From NCBI GenBank assembly GCA_945861145.1, contig CAMATL010000001.1:21003-85002 (forward strand): a stretch of DNA of 64,000 nucleotides. Direction: 5' to 3'. This document shows positions 63,966 to 64,000 of this stretch, in pieces. Below the pieces are notes generated by a model that saw only the letters and a program-made list of their open reading frames with translations, did no database searches and was not told where the DNA came from. This stretch comes from a candidate division TM6 bacterium GW2011_GWF2_37_49 (lineage in GTDB: Bacteria; Babelota; Babeliae; Babelales; RVW-14). Each line of letters begins with the position of its first letter. Position 1 is the stretch's first letter. A program made the translations under genes and the position numbers.

Positions 63966-64000
63966 TAACAACACAAAAAAATCCAACTACCAAGCATGCC

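Overview
This 64-kb chromosomal window comes from a diderm (Gram-negative type) bacterium. By eye it is roughly 40% GC, and housekeeping genes are GC-richer than accessory genes. The gene content suggests a host-associated lifestyle: a secreted ankyrin-repeat protein, secreted paralogue families, and many short GC-rich palindromic repeats, some sitting inside ORFs. A Dependentiae/TM6-like or similar amoeba-associated lineage is a low-confidence guess.

Recognisable housekeeping genes:
- Envelope: bamA (5' truncated by the window edge), a second Omp85/TamA-like protein, an MltA-like transglycosylase, an MscK-like channel, mlaE-mlaF, an EamA transporter.
- Central metabolism: ppsA, tpiA, a class I aldolase, dapF, a cysteine synthase-family enzyme, a LOG-family protein.
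- Nucleotide, translation and secretion functions: nrdAB, rsmA, gltX, secG.
- One tmRNA (ssrA).
- No rRNA, tRNA or CRISPR array was seen.

Non-routine content:
1. Four tandem secreted paralogues (8.6-17.1 kb) carry a conserved His-Gly...Ser-Cys motif pair that resembles clan CD cysteine peptidases.
2. An AtpI-like/atpB/atpE module has a c subunit that is a covalent fusion of four hairpins. No other ATP synthase gene lies in the window.
3. A GspC / secretin / GspL(PilMN)-like / GspM(PilO)-like / second secretin operon has no ATPase, platform or pilin genes in the window.
4. Two tandem surface-protein paralogues (61.2-63.8 kb) have leader peptides encoded by a CTCTT pentamer tract, as in Neisseria opa. 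One copy is in frame (8 units) and the other is out of frame (6 units). The out-of-frame copy also has a 127-bp MITE upstream, with an empty-site comparison available in the same window.
5. At least three families of palindromic repeats occur. Two insertions are carried in frame inside ORFs: one in a response regulator and one in the leader of the second secretin.
6. An MNT/HEPN pair has its HEPN gene split by a frameshift at an A6 run.
7. A Mer-like metal module (CC-motif membrane protein, outer-membrane barrel, periplasmic HMA protein) has no MerA or MerR nearby.

All functional calls rest on motif recognition by eye. No database search was run.
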